Shown: positions 13,949 through 27,364 of the stretch, piece by piece
How positions within the stretch are numbered: the stretch's first letter is position 1
Layout: each line of letters opens with the position of its first letter
Assembly (NCBI RefSeq): GCF_006345805.1
Contig: NC_042999.1
Span: 127,906,001-127,970,000, forward strand
Origin: Octopus sinensis
Lineage: Eukaryota
DNA: 64,000 nt
Reading direction: 5' to 3'
Translations under genes and position numbers: made by a program
Notes under the pieces: generated by a model
Seen by the model: the letters and a program-made list of their open reading frames with translations, nothing else
Databases searched by the model: none
What the model was told of the DNA's origin: nothing

Positions 13949-15429
13949 TACAAATACACTCACACACATACACACATAAGCATGCATTCATATATGTATA
14001 CATCTATGTATAAACATATGTTTATGTAATTGTATAAGCATGCATACATCATCATCATTTAACGTCTAATTTTCCATGCTTGCATGGTTCAGACAGAATT
14101 TGTTAAGGTAAATTCTCTACAGCCAGATTGTCTTCTTGCTGCCCTTACTTGCTTCTAAACAAAGTAAGCAGATGAAGGTTGGTGACTGGAAAGGCATTCA
14201 GCTGTAGAAGATCTGCTTCAACATATATATGAATTGTATAAGCATGCATATATACATGTAAATGTTTAAAAATGCATAAATATATTGTAATGTATAAATA
14301 TACATATAGTATATAAATGTGTATACATAAAAGTATACACATGCACACATATAAGCTAATGTATAAAATTGAATACATGCAAGTATTTACACACATATGT
14401 GTGTGTATATGTACAGGCACACATATATGTAAGTGTGAGTACAGTTTCCTTTTCCCTTCACTGAGCTGCATGTCACATGTTTCTGTTTAACACCAACCAG
14501 TCTGTCTCCCATGGAACTACATCTAATCTGTTAACTATTCTCTTACTGGAAAATAATAATACACAAAGTACGACCCTTAATTGTAATTAATCTGTGTGGC
14601 TTCAGTGGTTGGAATGCTATTTTTGTTATTTCACTCTGGTCAAGTTTATCAATGTTTTTTTTTTGTTATTGTCATAGTACATATATTATATATATATATA
14701 TATCATTTATTTGCTCTCTTCAGTTGAGATACTCTTCAAACTTATTTTTGCTTTTTATTTACATGGGTCTTGTGAACAATTTTTGCAGTCAGTGTTGACA
14801 CATCTGTTGGTATTATTGCAGTTAACTAATATATAATCTTTTAATTGCAGCTTGAATAATTATTATTTTCCTTTTATTCAGCTCTCTCTCAACATTTAAA
14901 TAAATAACCTCATTATATATGCAATACATTTACTATATTCCAGATATGATATCAACTCTCTTTTATTATGTATAAAAAAGCTTGGGGCTAGAATCTTACA
15001 TTGAAAAAGAAATGTTAAAAAAACTCAAATTTCATTGCCAAAATATATTTGTTCTTACCTATTCATAAACACAAAACATACATTTGCATAATACTTACAC
15101 ACTTACTTACATATCTATGTATTATTTAAGTCCTTGAGAGAGTTCAAGCCAGTTGCTAACAAAGCATTTTGAGTTAAGAGAGTTCCTGAGTTGATGTGTT
15201 AGTTGAAATGTTGATACATACACACAAGTGTATGTGCATCTATTCCTATATGGAGAATTTTTGGAATGACTTACAGATCTTCACTACACTGCTAATAGAT
15301 TGGATTTAGAGAATCTGCATCAGTTTCTATTGCACTTTCTCCATGAAACCAAGTATTTCTAGGTTCTTGTGCAAATCTGTTGGCACATAGCCTAATGCAG
15401 CTATGATCATAGGTACAAACGAGAATTCA

Positions 15430-15558
15430 TAGTCAAGCTTCCCAACCACATGGTTCTGGGTTCAGTCTCACTGCAAGGCATCTTGGGCAAGTGTCTTCTA
15501 TAGCCTCAGGCCAATCAGACTTGTGAGTGGATTTAGTAGATGGAAACTGAAAGAAACC

Positions 15559-15629
<71 letters not shown>

Positions 15630-16030
15630 ACATTAACGGCTGACTTTAGCATACATTTCCAGCATGTAGCTTTACTTATAGTAACAGCCCTTAATATAAT
15701 AATGTATTTTAAAAAATTATACTTAGTATTAATTTTTTACCTTAATTGGTTTTACATGCTGGCTACTTGATAAAATCTTATGTAGATTTTATCCTTATAT
15801 TTAATTGATATATATATATATATGTATTTGTGTATCTGTGGTTGTCCCTCCACCATTGCTTGACAACCGATGTTGGTATGTTTATGACCCCATAACTTAG
15901 TGGTTTGGCAAAAGAGACCAAAAGAATAAGTACTAGTCTTACAAAGAATAAGTCCTGGTGTTGATTTGTCCAACTAAAGGCAGTGCTCCAGCATGGCCGC
16001 AGTCAAAATGACTGAAACAAATAACAGAAT
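15430..16030 (+). mobile_element. Octopus-type tRNA-derived SINE with internal (TA)n expansion
   Basis: caaccacatggtt..gggttcagt..cactg head, ttgggcaagtgtcttcta body, gactgaaac tail. Near-identical blocks occur at 18201 and 18971. Confidence 0.75.
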
Positions 16031-16084
16031 AAAATGTATGCATGTATGTATGTAAACATATAGGTAAGAATATGTATCTACAGT

Positions 16085-16500
16085 ATACCAGGCTGAGATG
16101 AGTTGCCCATGTAGTTAATGTGGAAGATGATAGAAATTCCAAAGTTTCTACTCTATGTAGAGCTAATTTCTGGGAGGAAAATGAAGTTAAGGGCAGCTTT
16201 AAATTAGATTGAAAGAAAACCAGTATTCATGTAGAATATTGAGAACTTATATTGTGCATCATAAAGAAAAAAATATATAGAATGTATCCATTTACCATTT
16301 GAAATTAAAATTAAATTCAAGGAAAGGAATTCCTATGAATAGTAACATTTCTTTCAAATGTTTAATTTGTGATAGAGTTTGTCTTTCTAAGGCTGGGCTT
16401 GTTAGCAACATAAGAGTACACGAATCAAAACAAGCTAATAAATTTTCACCATCTGAAGAAACACATGTTTGCCAATCATTTTATAGATATTGGTTTACAA
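16085..16500 (+). mobile_element. RTE-type LINE C-terminal relic with degenerate C2H2 finger
   Basis: RLR*VAHVVNVEDDR..PKFLLY matches the typical RLRWAGHVxRMxDxRxPKxLLY motif. It is followed by CLICDRVCLSKAGLVSNIRVH (C-x2-C-x12-[H>N]-x3-H). Confidence 0.7.
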
Positions 16501-16542
16501 CCCACTAACAAGCAACGGTCATTCTTAAAATTGAATTTCTTT

Positions 16543-16589
<47 letters not shown>

Positions 16590-16611
16590 GAAATTCATAT
16601 AAAAACAAAAG

Positions 16612-16740
16612 ACAAAGACAGGTGTATGAACAACAAGCAAGTATATTAATTTGATGCTTGGGAAAATGAAAAAGTCTTTTACGTTTTGAGCCTATGCTCT
16701 TCAACAGAAAGGAATAGAAAATAAACACAGAGAGAATGTG
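16612..16740 (-). repeat. Short repeat carrying a degenerate minimal hammerhead-ribozyme-like motif (16676-16711)
   Basis: Minus strand reads cttt-CTGTTGA-a-gagc atag gctc-AAAAC-GTA-aaag: stem I, stem II and a palindromic ACGT stem III, with two core mismatches. Confidence 0.45.
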
Positions 16741-17478
16741 TGTATACATGTATATTTGTGTGTGTGTGTGTGTGTATGCATGTACATTTGTGTGTGTATA
16801 TTATTTTTAGAAACAAAGTAATGTTATTTGATGCATTTAAATACTTAGTTTAGTATTTAGTAGACCTCCTTGTACATTTTTTAATGATATGACTGATTTA
16901 GGCGCTGTGCTAATTAAGTAGTGTATTCACAGATATTCCTTTGGCATGCCAGTCTCCACACAGCACTAACGCAATTTGATATGAAATGTTTTGCTGAAGA
17001 GCACAACATACTGTCCAGTTGGGAATTGAATCCATGATCTGGCAATCGTAATTTCAACATCCTAACCTCTTGGCCATATGCTCACAATCACCAGATTGTC
17101 GAATCGATTCTCAGACCAGGTGGTGTGTTGTGTTCTTGAGCAAAACACTTCATTTCACATTGCTCTAGTGCTGTGTGTGTGGACCAGTATGCCAAAGAAT
17201 AGATGCAACGTTTCCTCTGTGTCGTAAAAAGGCAACTAAATGAGATTGAGGTAGGATTTGCACTCTGACCTCACCAACAATGACTACCAAAAACAGATCC
17301 ATGGGGTGGAGGGTTGTCACCTGAATGGTATAGATGTGTCACCAACAAATGATGGATGCAGTGACATGCTGTTACAGCACAAGCCCCCATATTCCCCATG
17401 CAACTACTACTACTGCTGCTATTCACAAACTGAATTGTGTAATGGGGGTGGTGTCTGTTTACTTTTGAGATGTCTGTA

Positions 17479-17533
<55 letters not shown>

Positions 17534-17711
17534 TTGTGTTGCATGTGTGTGTGTGTGTATAGACACACACACATATACACATACATACACACACGCACAC
17601 ATATATATGTATATATAAACTTATGTGTCTGGTTTACAAATAAAAAAATATATATATGGTAAAACAACAAATGAATGAAAGAGACCTTGATATTATGTAA
17701 ATAGAGGAATT

Positions 17712-17965
17712 TATCTGTAAATGTAATATGTGACAATTATTCGGTAGCCATGATAAAACTCTGAGTTTCAGATGCCAAAGTAGAAATCCACGCCGCCATC
17801 TCTTCAATTATCCGGTCATCAGAAAAAATGCTATGGGAAAAAAATGCATTTTTCTCAATGGCCGGATAACTGAAGAGATGGTGGCGTGGATTTCCACCTC
17901 GGCATCCGAAACTCGGAGTTTTATCATGGCTACCAAATAATTGTCATATATTACGTTTACAAATA
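17712..17965. repeat. Near-perfect hairpin element (arms about 120 bp, 14-nt loop)
   Basis: 17712-17831 pairs with 17846-17965; mismatches are mostly transitions. Confidence 0.9.
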
Positions 17966-18200
17966 TATATGTGCCAATCATGTAATGAATGTTGTTTTGT
18001 GAAAACACATGCCTGAATACAATAACGATTGACATGATCCTGCATTTCATTTAAGTGAGAAGAGACATCTATTGTGATAGCTGTGGGAAAAGCTGCAGAT
18101 CAACTGGGCTGAATAGACATCTTTGGTTTGCAGTTCATTAACAAGGAATGGTCATACTCAGTATTGAGCTGACTTACATCACAATTATGTGTGTGTGTGT

Positions 18201-18607
18201 GTGGTAAGTAGCTTGCTTACCAACCACATGGTTTCGGGTTCATTCCCACTGCATGGCACCTTGGGCAAGTGTCTTCTACTATAGCCTCGGGCTTACCAAA
18301 GCCTTGTGAGTGGATTTGGTAGATGGAAACTGAAAGAAGCCCGTCGTATATATGTATATATATATATATATAATATATATATATATATGTATGTATGTAT
18401 GTGTGTGTGTTTATGTGTTTGTTCCCCCAACATCACTTGACAACTGATGCTGATGTGTTTGCGTCCCCGTTACTTAGCGGTTCAGCAAAAGAGACTGATA
18501 GAATAAGTACTAGGCCTCCAAAGAATAAGTCCTGGGGTTGATTTGCGTGACTAAAGGCGGTGCTCCAGCATAGTCACAGTCAAATGACTGAAACAAGTAA
18601 AAGAGTA
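18201..18607 (+). mobile_element. Octopus-type tRNA-derived SINE
   Basis: gtggtaagtagcttgcttaccaaccacatggtttcgggttca head with A/B-box-like motifs, internal microsatellite and standard tail. Confidence 0.8.
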
Positions 18608-18970
18608 TATATGCATGTGTGTCTGGGTATATAAATAAAGCAAAAGAACTCACATAGTAATGTAGTGAAGAAGGTAAACATCAGCTTCAAATGTGTATGT
18701 ATGTTTATATACTGTGCATGTGTGTATTTGTGATGCTGGATGATATTACAAGCACTGGTTGATGCTTATAACATCTAAAATATTATTTATATTAAAAATC
18801 TCTGTCATGTGTTTGTGTGCCTAATTAAAAACATAACTTGAAAATCTTTTAAGAAGTTTGATGTTACCTGTTCTTCCTAACAACTTACCAGATTTAATAA
18901 AGCGGTTGCAAGAATTTGCGTCAGGCATTCGTTCTGATCAGTTGCCTATGAGTTTTTGTACTAGCCAGGT

Positions 18971-19374
18971 TTTATCTTTTATCTGTTTCAGCCATTTGAC
19001 TGTGGCTTTTTAGGCCTAGTACTTATTCTATTGCTCACTTTTGCCAAGACCACTAAGTTGCAGAGACATAAACACACCAACACCGGTTGTCAAGTAGTGG
19101 TGGGGCGAGAAACAAAGACACACACACATAGATATATACATGTACATACAATACATATATATATATGCATCCAATGGGCTTCTTTTCAGTTTCTGTCTAC
19201 CGAATCCACTCACAAGGCTTTGGTCGGAGCTTCTTTCTGCCAAATCCACTTGTATGTCTTTGGTTGGCCCAAGGCTGTGGTAGAAGACGTGTGCTCAAGA
19301 TGTCATGCAGTTGGACTGAACTTGGAACCATGTGGTTGGGAAGGAGGCTTCTTACCACACAGCCACGTCTGCAC
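18971..19374 (-). mobile_element. Octopus-type tRNA-derived SINE (inverted relative to the 18201 copy)
   Basis: Reverse complement of the same head, body and tail. Confidence 0.8.
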
Positions 19375-19927
19375 ATATATATGTAGTTTTATTTTATGGC
19401 GAAGTAGTTTTAGACAATTAGGTTTGGAAACTGTGCATCAATCATTTAGTTTAAGATTTTGTTTGTAATTTCATATTGATATCTCATTTGTCTTGTGATT
19501 GTTCTTTGCTGATTCCCAGATATTATTTACATGAGATTCCACAGGTGTTGACATCTAGTATTTATATGATTACTGTATAATTCATACACCTATTTTCATG
19601 TTTAATTGGACATCATTTACTTATTACACAATTTTTGATAATTTCCTCATTCATATCAGTTAACAGTTAGTAAATTAAATAAATTTAATGATATAAATTG
19701 AGTTTTTATATGTATATATGTGTGTGTGTGTGTGTGAGTACACACACATATGGTAGTTTTTAAAATTCCACTATACCAAAAATATTTAGTTTGTTAAAAC
19801 TTCTCCATATCTCCATTTATGTTTCACTTTATTATCAGTACATCTGAAACATTACTTTATCTGATATATATTGTATGGATATATGTATGTATGTGTATGT
19901 GTGCTGTACATATATATATATATAATA

Positions 19928-19960
<33 letters not shown>

Positions 19961-20055
19961 TTATAGGGAATAATTTATAAATTTTTCCCTTATGAGGTTT
20001 TTCACACTAACTACTTGATAAATTCTTATAAAGATTTTATCCTATATTTAAATTG

Positions 20056-20159
<104 letters not shown>

Positions 20160-20174
20160 AAAGAATATGAGAGA

Positions 20175-21430
20175 GCGGGTCATCCCATAAATAACGCAGT
20201 TTTTTTATACTTCTTTTATTTTTCAAAATTAAGGTAATGAAAATTATTTTTTAATCTAAAATATACTCTCCTTCATTTTCTACAATGCTCTTCCATCTAT
20301 TTGGTTGACTTGCAAGGCTCCTCTTCCAAAATTCACTTGTCAGACGAAAAATACTCCTCCAGTACTGTTCTGACCTCTTCTACAGAATTCATATTTTTTC
20401 CGTCTAAATGATTTTGAAGACTGCAGAATAAATGATCATCAGATGGGGCAATGTTTGGCGAATATGGTGGTTGGGGCATCATCTCTCATTCAAACTGCTC
20501 TAGCCTTTTGAATGTCATTATTTCTGTATGTGGCCAAGCATTATCTATTGGAAGAACACCTTTCGTCTTGAAACCTAAGATGGTCATTATTCTGACTTAA
20601 GCTGCTCACAGTAGTTCTCCTTTGTTATTGTTTGATTTGGGTTTAAAAGTCCAAAATGGACTAAACCTTTCATATCCCACCAAACAGATAACAACACCTT
20701 ATGTGAGTGAAAACCTTCTTCAGCCTGGGGAACTAGTGTTTCTCCTTTCCCTGCATTGCTTGACATTTTTATAGAGAACCCATTTCTTGTCACCAGTCAC
20801 TATTCAGTCCAAAAAAGGTTCATTCATGAGATGTGCACACAAAGAAGAGCACACATTCACTCTCTGCATGTGATTAGACTCAGAAAGTTTGTGAGGAACC
20901 CATTGACCCAATTTGCTGACTTTTCTGATGGCATGCTTGCAGGTGTCAATGAATGGTTGAATGACCAAATCTAAGCTTCTCTGCTAGTTCCTCAACAATT
21001 ACTATGGAATTTTTTTCCACCAGGGTTTGCAGGACGTCCTTGTTGAGCTCTACAGATCTTCCAGGATGAGGCTCGTCTTCTAGGCTGTAGCTTCCAGCTC
21101 AGAATTTCTGGAACCACTGTTGATGCTGGCTTACACTTATTGTCTGATCCCCATATACTGCGTTAATGTTCCTCACACTTTCTGTTGCATTGTTGCCTTT
21201 ATTGAAATCATAAAGCAAAAATATGCTGAATATGCTCCTTTATCACTTCCATTATAGCTTTGAAAAACTGTTAAAATCAAACTGCACTCTTCAAAACTCG
21301 TACTAAGAATACATACAAGGTAAAATTACCTGCTTTTATAGCAAGTTGATACAGGTAGTTTATCTCTTACCTCTCAACTTTTAGTTCATGCAATTGAAAA
21401 AAACTGCATTATTTATAGGATGACCCAGTA
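20175..21430 (-). mobile_element. Near full-length dead mariner transposon
   Basis: About 30-bp TIRs (gggtcatcc[c/t]ataaataa[c/t]gcagttttttt). Minus-strand transposase from ATG at 21252: MEVIKEHIQHI..YDFNKGNNATE..., VLLSVWWDMKG, PPYSPNIAPSDDHLF. Frameshifts and stops are present. Confidence 0.9.
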
Positions 21431-23012
21431 TATGTATAAAACACGTGTAATATTAAACTAATAACCTGTTATATGAAGTCTTTTCCATACACACTATCTT
21501 AATTCAAGATGTTTGCTTGAAGCAATTATGTTTCAAAGTTAATTGCAGTGTCGCAATTATCATAAGTAAACTATCTGATTTTCTGGGGTTTTTTTTATTT
21601 ATTTATTTTTTTTTTTTAAAGTATTAATTACCAAACCACAAGGAAATGAAATATGGGACGGTGAACAACTGATATGATACTGTTGTTTTTGATGTGTTAA
21701 ACCAGCTGAAATAGTTCTACACAAGCACACTTACACACAAACATGACTTAATGAGGTGATGGGTATTTTACAATTTCTCATTTTTGTGTTAAGATTTTAT
21801 CTTTTCACTCACATGAGGGGTTTGGAATGATAAGAACTATTAAAACATGGTTTATTCAGAAGGGGAGTGCTATACCCATGACTTTTATAAAGCCTCTGTG
21901 ACTGGTCAGAGAATGTGCTTCATAGTCATTCATTATTAGCAATGGAAGCAGTATTAATCCAAAATTTGCAATCTGTATACATACTTAAAATTTGTATATA
22001 TTGAAGGCCTTTTAAAGTGTGGTAGTCATCTTGAAAAAACCTCTCTTATAAATGTATAATGTTAAAAACACAGAAAAATAGCAGCAGAAAACCGATTCCA
22101 ACAATTCTACCACTGATGCTGGGCAACCTTTGCCTGCTGCTGTTATTTTTCTGTGTATTTAACACTATGTCTGTAAGAGATGCTTTCTCAAGACAAAGAC
22201 CACACTTTAAAAGACTTTCAGCATATACACACTCAGTGTGTGTACAGATTGCTAACTGATAGTCAGTTTGAAGTTGATGGCTAGGGGAAATGATGGAATT
22301 CCAAATGGTTTATATCCTAGGGAGGAAGGATTGCCTTATATTGGTTGGAATAGGACATTAATAGGGAAGACAGTATAGGTACTGGGTGATGGGTATATCA
22401 TGGCTATACAACTAACTGTCTCTAAAGAGTAGATGCTTTTATAGTGATAATAGTAATAGCAGAAAAAGACAGTGAAGAGACAGCATAGTATGTGGGCTAG
22501 AGACAGAAGTGTGTTGGTATTAAAAATGTAGGTTAAAAATGATATACATCTAAAAGATGTTTTACTTATTCCAAGAATTTATTTAGCTAATTATCTTTTA
22601 TTATCACTGTTATATTTTTGTTGTTATTTGTTCATTTCTTCATTTACTTTATATTTCTATCATTTTCATAATCGTGAAAAAATAACTTTGCTAATACTAC
22701 TTATTTTCAAAGCATTTCTTGCAAATAGCTTAAGACTATTGCTTCAACTGGTGACAGGGTTGCTTCCAAATGTCATAACACTTACTAATAATTTATAATT
22801 TTTGTTTTCTTAATTGACATTGGTGGTGAAGGTTTAGTTGATCTATACTTTGTATTTCAGAATATCATCAATCAGTTTATATTGTTCATATGAATCTGTT
22901 TTTGGCATTGATGTTATTGACTAGATATTAAGATTACATGTGTGCACGCAGGCACGTGCTTGCACACATATACACAAACATGCATTCATATACACACACA
23001 TACACAAACATG

Positions 23013-23046
<34 letters not shown>

Positions 23047-25333
23047 TGCACAGATGAGAATACCGACAAAAAAAAATTAGAAAGACATTGATAATAGATG
23101 TCAAAGTTATGATCTTCTTCATGGTTAAGAAAGAACTGAATGTTGAACACTGCGCATACTATGTAAATGTATTTGTTCATATACTCTTATATGGCCACTG
23201 TTGTTTCAGCTAAGCAAATGTTCACTAAGCATCATCATACAATATATATATATATGTATGTATGTATGTATGTATATTGTTTTTCTCACACATGCAAATA
23301 GATTCGTTTTGGATATTGGTTGGAGGTATTTCTATTTTCTTATTTGTTGTTTGTATTAAAAAGCTATATTAATTTGAAGAAATGAATGTGAAAGTTTACT
23401 CTTGTATCTTCAGTGCCACAATAAATATAGTAAAATGATTAGTAAGTATGATTATAAAAGTATTAGTTTAACCTGTGTAAGCATGTATCATGTATTTCAA
23501 TTTTGCACACCTTTTTAAACTTTGCAAAGCTCAATAAATATATGGAAGTGTAAACAAAGAGTGATGATTTTCTACTCTCTGATGAGCAAGAATCAACAGT
23601 ACCTTAAGATCCTCACTTGATGTAAAGATGTAACTGTATGAAATATTTATAATACAAAGGTCATTTCCTATTAAGTTGATTACTTGAACTGCTCTTTATT
23701 CTATTTCCATTTCATTTGACTGATATAGGTTTGTGAACATTGCATTTAACTTTCATCTTCACTACACAATCTTCATGCCTACCCAGAGAAGGCAACAAGA
23801 GACCACAACAGTGTATCACTCTTGACATTTTTAAGAAAGCCACAAAGCATCAGTTCAATAATATACAAAAATGTTTACATCAGCCTTGAAAATAATGTTT
23901 GGAAAATTTTATTCCAAAAAGAATTAACTCAATGATTATTGACAAATATTTTTCATTAAAACTACTCAGTTGATAAAATCTAGCCTTTTATCACTATTGT
24001 TATTACCTCATAGGATTCTCACCAATTATCTTTCATTACCATTAAAACTGAGAATTATAATGTAATGGAACATACAGTCATTTGATTACTACTTTTAAGC
24101 TAAACAAATTCAACATTTCTGTTTAGTTTTTAAGTTTTAGTTTTTAAGCAAATAGCATCCAGTGATCTTGACAGGAGTCTACTTCACTATGTATTCAGCT
24201 AAGTGCATCATCATCCATGAATAATTTTTTAGTATCAGTAGAGGAATTGAACTTTAGATTGTTACTTTTCCTATTAAATTGCAAGAAATATTAATTCTTC
24301 TATATATGTATTTTGTACTTAAACAGTTCTGTGAAATAAATTAATCTCATTTGATCTTGATTTAAACAATGATTTGATAAACTGAATATTGTTTGTAGAG
24401 TGATTTTACATCTTTGCCCCGCAACTATTGCGTGAAACTGTAGGAGAAGGGATAGAATTAATGAAATACTTGAACCAGTTCTATATAAACTTGTAATTGC
24501 TTAATCAGTCTGAAACAAACTTGTATTTTAGCAAGTTCACAACTATTTCATATCTTGAAAGCATGATCTAATCATATCAGTTAAGTAAAATTGAATTAAA
24601 TACGAAGGTATCATTGTTATTATATATCTGATTCTTATATTTTTCCACTAGTTTCAGTCATTAGACTGCAGCTACGCTGGGTTACCAACTTCAAGGGCTT
24701 AGTCAGTCATATTGACCCCTGTATTTATTTCGGTCTAAGGCTTATTTTATTGACTTCTTTTCAATAAACTACTAAGTTATGGGATATAAAGGGTCACAAT
24801 ATGTAAGAATTAGCATGCGTATTTGAAGAGCTTGTGCACAGTTTCTGTTTACTAAATTTCTTTTGTAAGATTTTAGACAACCCAAGGCTATAATAGAAGA
24901 CACCCAAGGTGCTCCACAATGAAATCAAACTTACATGGTTGTGGAGTCAACTTATTGATCACATAGCCAAGTTTGTATCCATGCATCATTTATGATACAC
25001 ATTCTCAATTTTTTTTTTCAACTACCAGAGTAACTTGAGACTTATGAAAGGAAACCTTTATATTACTCAGAATGTATGAAACAAAGGCTAACTAAAAGTC
25101 TGAAAGCAAGCATAGGCATTTAGGACAAACTTGTGAAAATGTTTTGGACAGGCAAAGGGTAAAGTAACTTTCTGGTGGAGATCTTCCTATTTTAATGGAG
25201 GAACATTCATCAGACTAATATGGTCACCAAGAGAGCCAAACAGATATTAACGAAACTAAATCTCATTATGTTGAACTTACTATAATGTTTATTCAAAATA
25301 TATTGTCAGCAGTTCTTTTCTTTTCTTTATCAG

Positions 25334-25567
25334 CTGACATTGCCGAACATCTGTGTGAACGAGTCCTAAGTGTTCTTTTCGAGATCTGGATTTTAGCATG
25401 TGCTCGATGTTTTCCATCCCCTTCCTTATGGAAGACTTTCCGTAATATGTGTGTTGATTGGCGCCATCATGATGCCCTTGTCCAACAGTGGCATCGCATC
25501 AACCATGCACTGTTATCGCGTTTGCTCAAGATCATGTATGGACCCAGTTATCCTGAATTACAAATAT
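25334..25567 (+). CDS. RALGAPB: RalGAP beta subunit, coding exon (phase 1-1)
   Basis: cag|...|gtaagt; DIAEHLCERVLSVLFEIWILACARCFPSPSLWKTF...WRHH...YGPSYPELQI resembles RalGAPB LFEVWLLACTRCFP...WRHH...YGPSFP. Confidence 0.93.
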
Positions 25568-25632
25568 GTAAGTTGAATATTCTTCTCAATATCTTTTACC
25601 TTTAAAAAAAAATTGTAAGTAAATATTACACC

Positions 25633-25633
<1 letters not shown>

Positions 25634-25678
<45 letters not shown>

Positions 25679-26060
25679 GAGTGAGAGAGTAGTGCATGCC
25701 ATTAAAGTGACACTGGGGTACAAATATATGAAGCCCAACATACCCATCATGACTACCCATCTCATAAGAATACACCAGGCACATTCCAGTGGTGAATTAT
25801 TCAAATCCCAAAGGGTTCCTCTCAGCACATGGCTATAATGCTCCCCAACTACTTCTGCTTGTGATCAAAGATGCACTTGTCAGCCACTAAGGGACATGCT
25901 CAACTGATTAAGGTCAAACAACTGACAAGCAAATCTGTGGTATTGAGCTGATTGTTGGCTGTAGTCCATCTTTTATACCAACACAAAACATGTACATGAT
26001 AACACTTTTAATCATTTAAGATCAAAAGCCATGAGAGCCTGTGCCTGGTACGGCATTAGG
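25634..26060 (-). mobile_element. Retroposon 3' end with (AAT)n tail
   Basis: A (TTA)n run at 25634-25680 is followed by GC-richer repeat-like sequence. Family not determined. Confidence 0.45.
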
Positions 26061-27039
26061 GCATTTATCAATAATATTGATACGCTAACTTTTTGTTTTT
26101 GTATGTACCTGTTGTGTACGTCACATTTACTTCAAAGAAGTGGCAAAGCAAGAGAAAGTAAGAGAGAGAGAAAGAGAGAGAGTGAAAGAGACAGTGAGTG
26201 ATGACAGCATTTGTTTTGTGTTTTTAAATGTTTATCACATCGCAAGAGAAGTAGATACATAGATATATATAAAGACATTGTTAAATCAAAAGCAGGAGAG
26301 AAGAAGGACACAAAGGAACTGAAAGAGAAAGAGTGAGACACAGTAGATACATAAATCCAAAGAAAAGTTCATACATACACACAGCAAATATTGGATGTCA
26401 ATTTCACTTTCTATTACCATACAAGGATAAAATTAACTTACAAATGGCTGAGTACTCCACAGATATGCATAACATTAATGTAGTTCTCAGGGTAATTCAG
26501 CTTCACACAGAATATGACAAGGTTGGCCCCTTTTAATTACAGCTACAACTTGAGACATATATATATAAATGTATTTGTGTGTGTGTATAATTTACGTTAG
26601 TTAAAATATGTTTGCAATAATAAGTGTTGCATGGTGGAAATAAATGCAATTACCAAACTTTCATTCGTAAATCCACATATTATTTCGTTCTTTTGCATTT
26701 CAATTTGTACATTAAGGTTCTTTGAATATGTACGATGTATTTTAAGGTTAAATAGTAATTCCATTTACATTTCTATAATTGAGATATTTTGGTTGGATTA
26801 TATAGTCATTGGTGTTACATTACTTACTATATTCTGTAGCTGTCACAATATACTTTTCTAGGCCTGACATTTTTGCGGGGACGGGGCCAATTGATTAGAT
26901 CGACCCCAGTACACAACTGATACTTAATTTATCGACCCCAAAAGGATGAAAGGCAAAGTCGATCTTGGTAGAATTTGAACTCAGAGGTCAATTAAAATAT
27001 CCTATGATCCTTCCCAGACAAAAAAGACATCATCAATGA

Positions 27040-27364
27040 ACTGTTCATTGATGACATCTTGCATTTCTGTGACTGTTATGCTAAAAACTACGACTTTAAG
27101 TTCAACGTAAAATTTATGTATAGTCATTCAAAAACTAGTGTTGAATTTTTGGACACAAGAGTTAAGTTTTCTGGAGGCAGAATAGTGACAGAATTATTTT
27201 GCAAGCGCACATCATCTCACATTTATCTCCACTGCTACTCCGATCATTTACATCATATAATTTGGTCAAATCCGAAATCCCAATTTCAGAAGATAAAACA
27301 GATTTGTACTGACTTAAGGGATTACTGGAAACATGTAACTGCAATTACAGTGAATCATGATTAA
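27040..27364 (+). mobile_element. Penelope-like element reverse-transcriptase fragment
   Basis: LFIDDILHF...VEFLDTRV...LFCKRTSSHIYLHCYSDH...NPKSQFQKIKQICT follows the PLE RT pattern YIDD...FLD...YRKPT..YL...S.HP...IPYSQ..R.RRIC. Confidence 0.75.

Noticed and set aside
14724-14830. EQFLQSVLTHLL as a RalGAPB N-terminal exon (compare NQYVQTILKHL)
   Set aside because: The match is short and weak, there is no convincing donor, and the flanking residues do not align.
17258-17736. ORFs rich in Y/I/C/V/H/T (also 14145, 36343, 57987, 58158 and others)
   Set aside because: These are translations of (TA)n, (TG)n and (CA)n microsatellites.
18201-18270. tRNA gene
   Set aside because: The tRNA-like head continues into SINE body and tail, with no complete cloverleaf. 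The same applies to the other copies.
18889-18970. CpG-containing stretch as an exon (plus-strand DLIKRLQEF..., or a minus-strand gtaagt donor)
   Set aside because: It lacks a matching splice-site pair on either strand and has no recognisable homology. More likely a transposon fragment.
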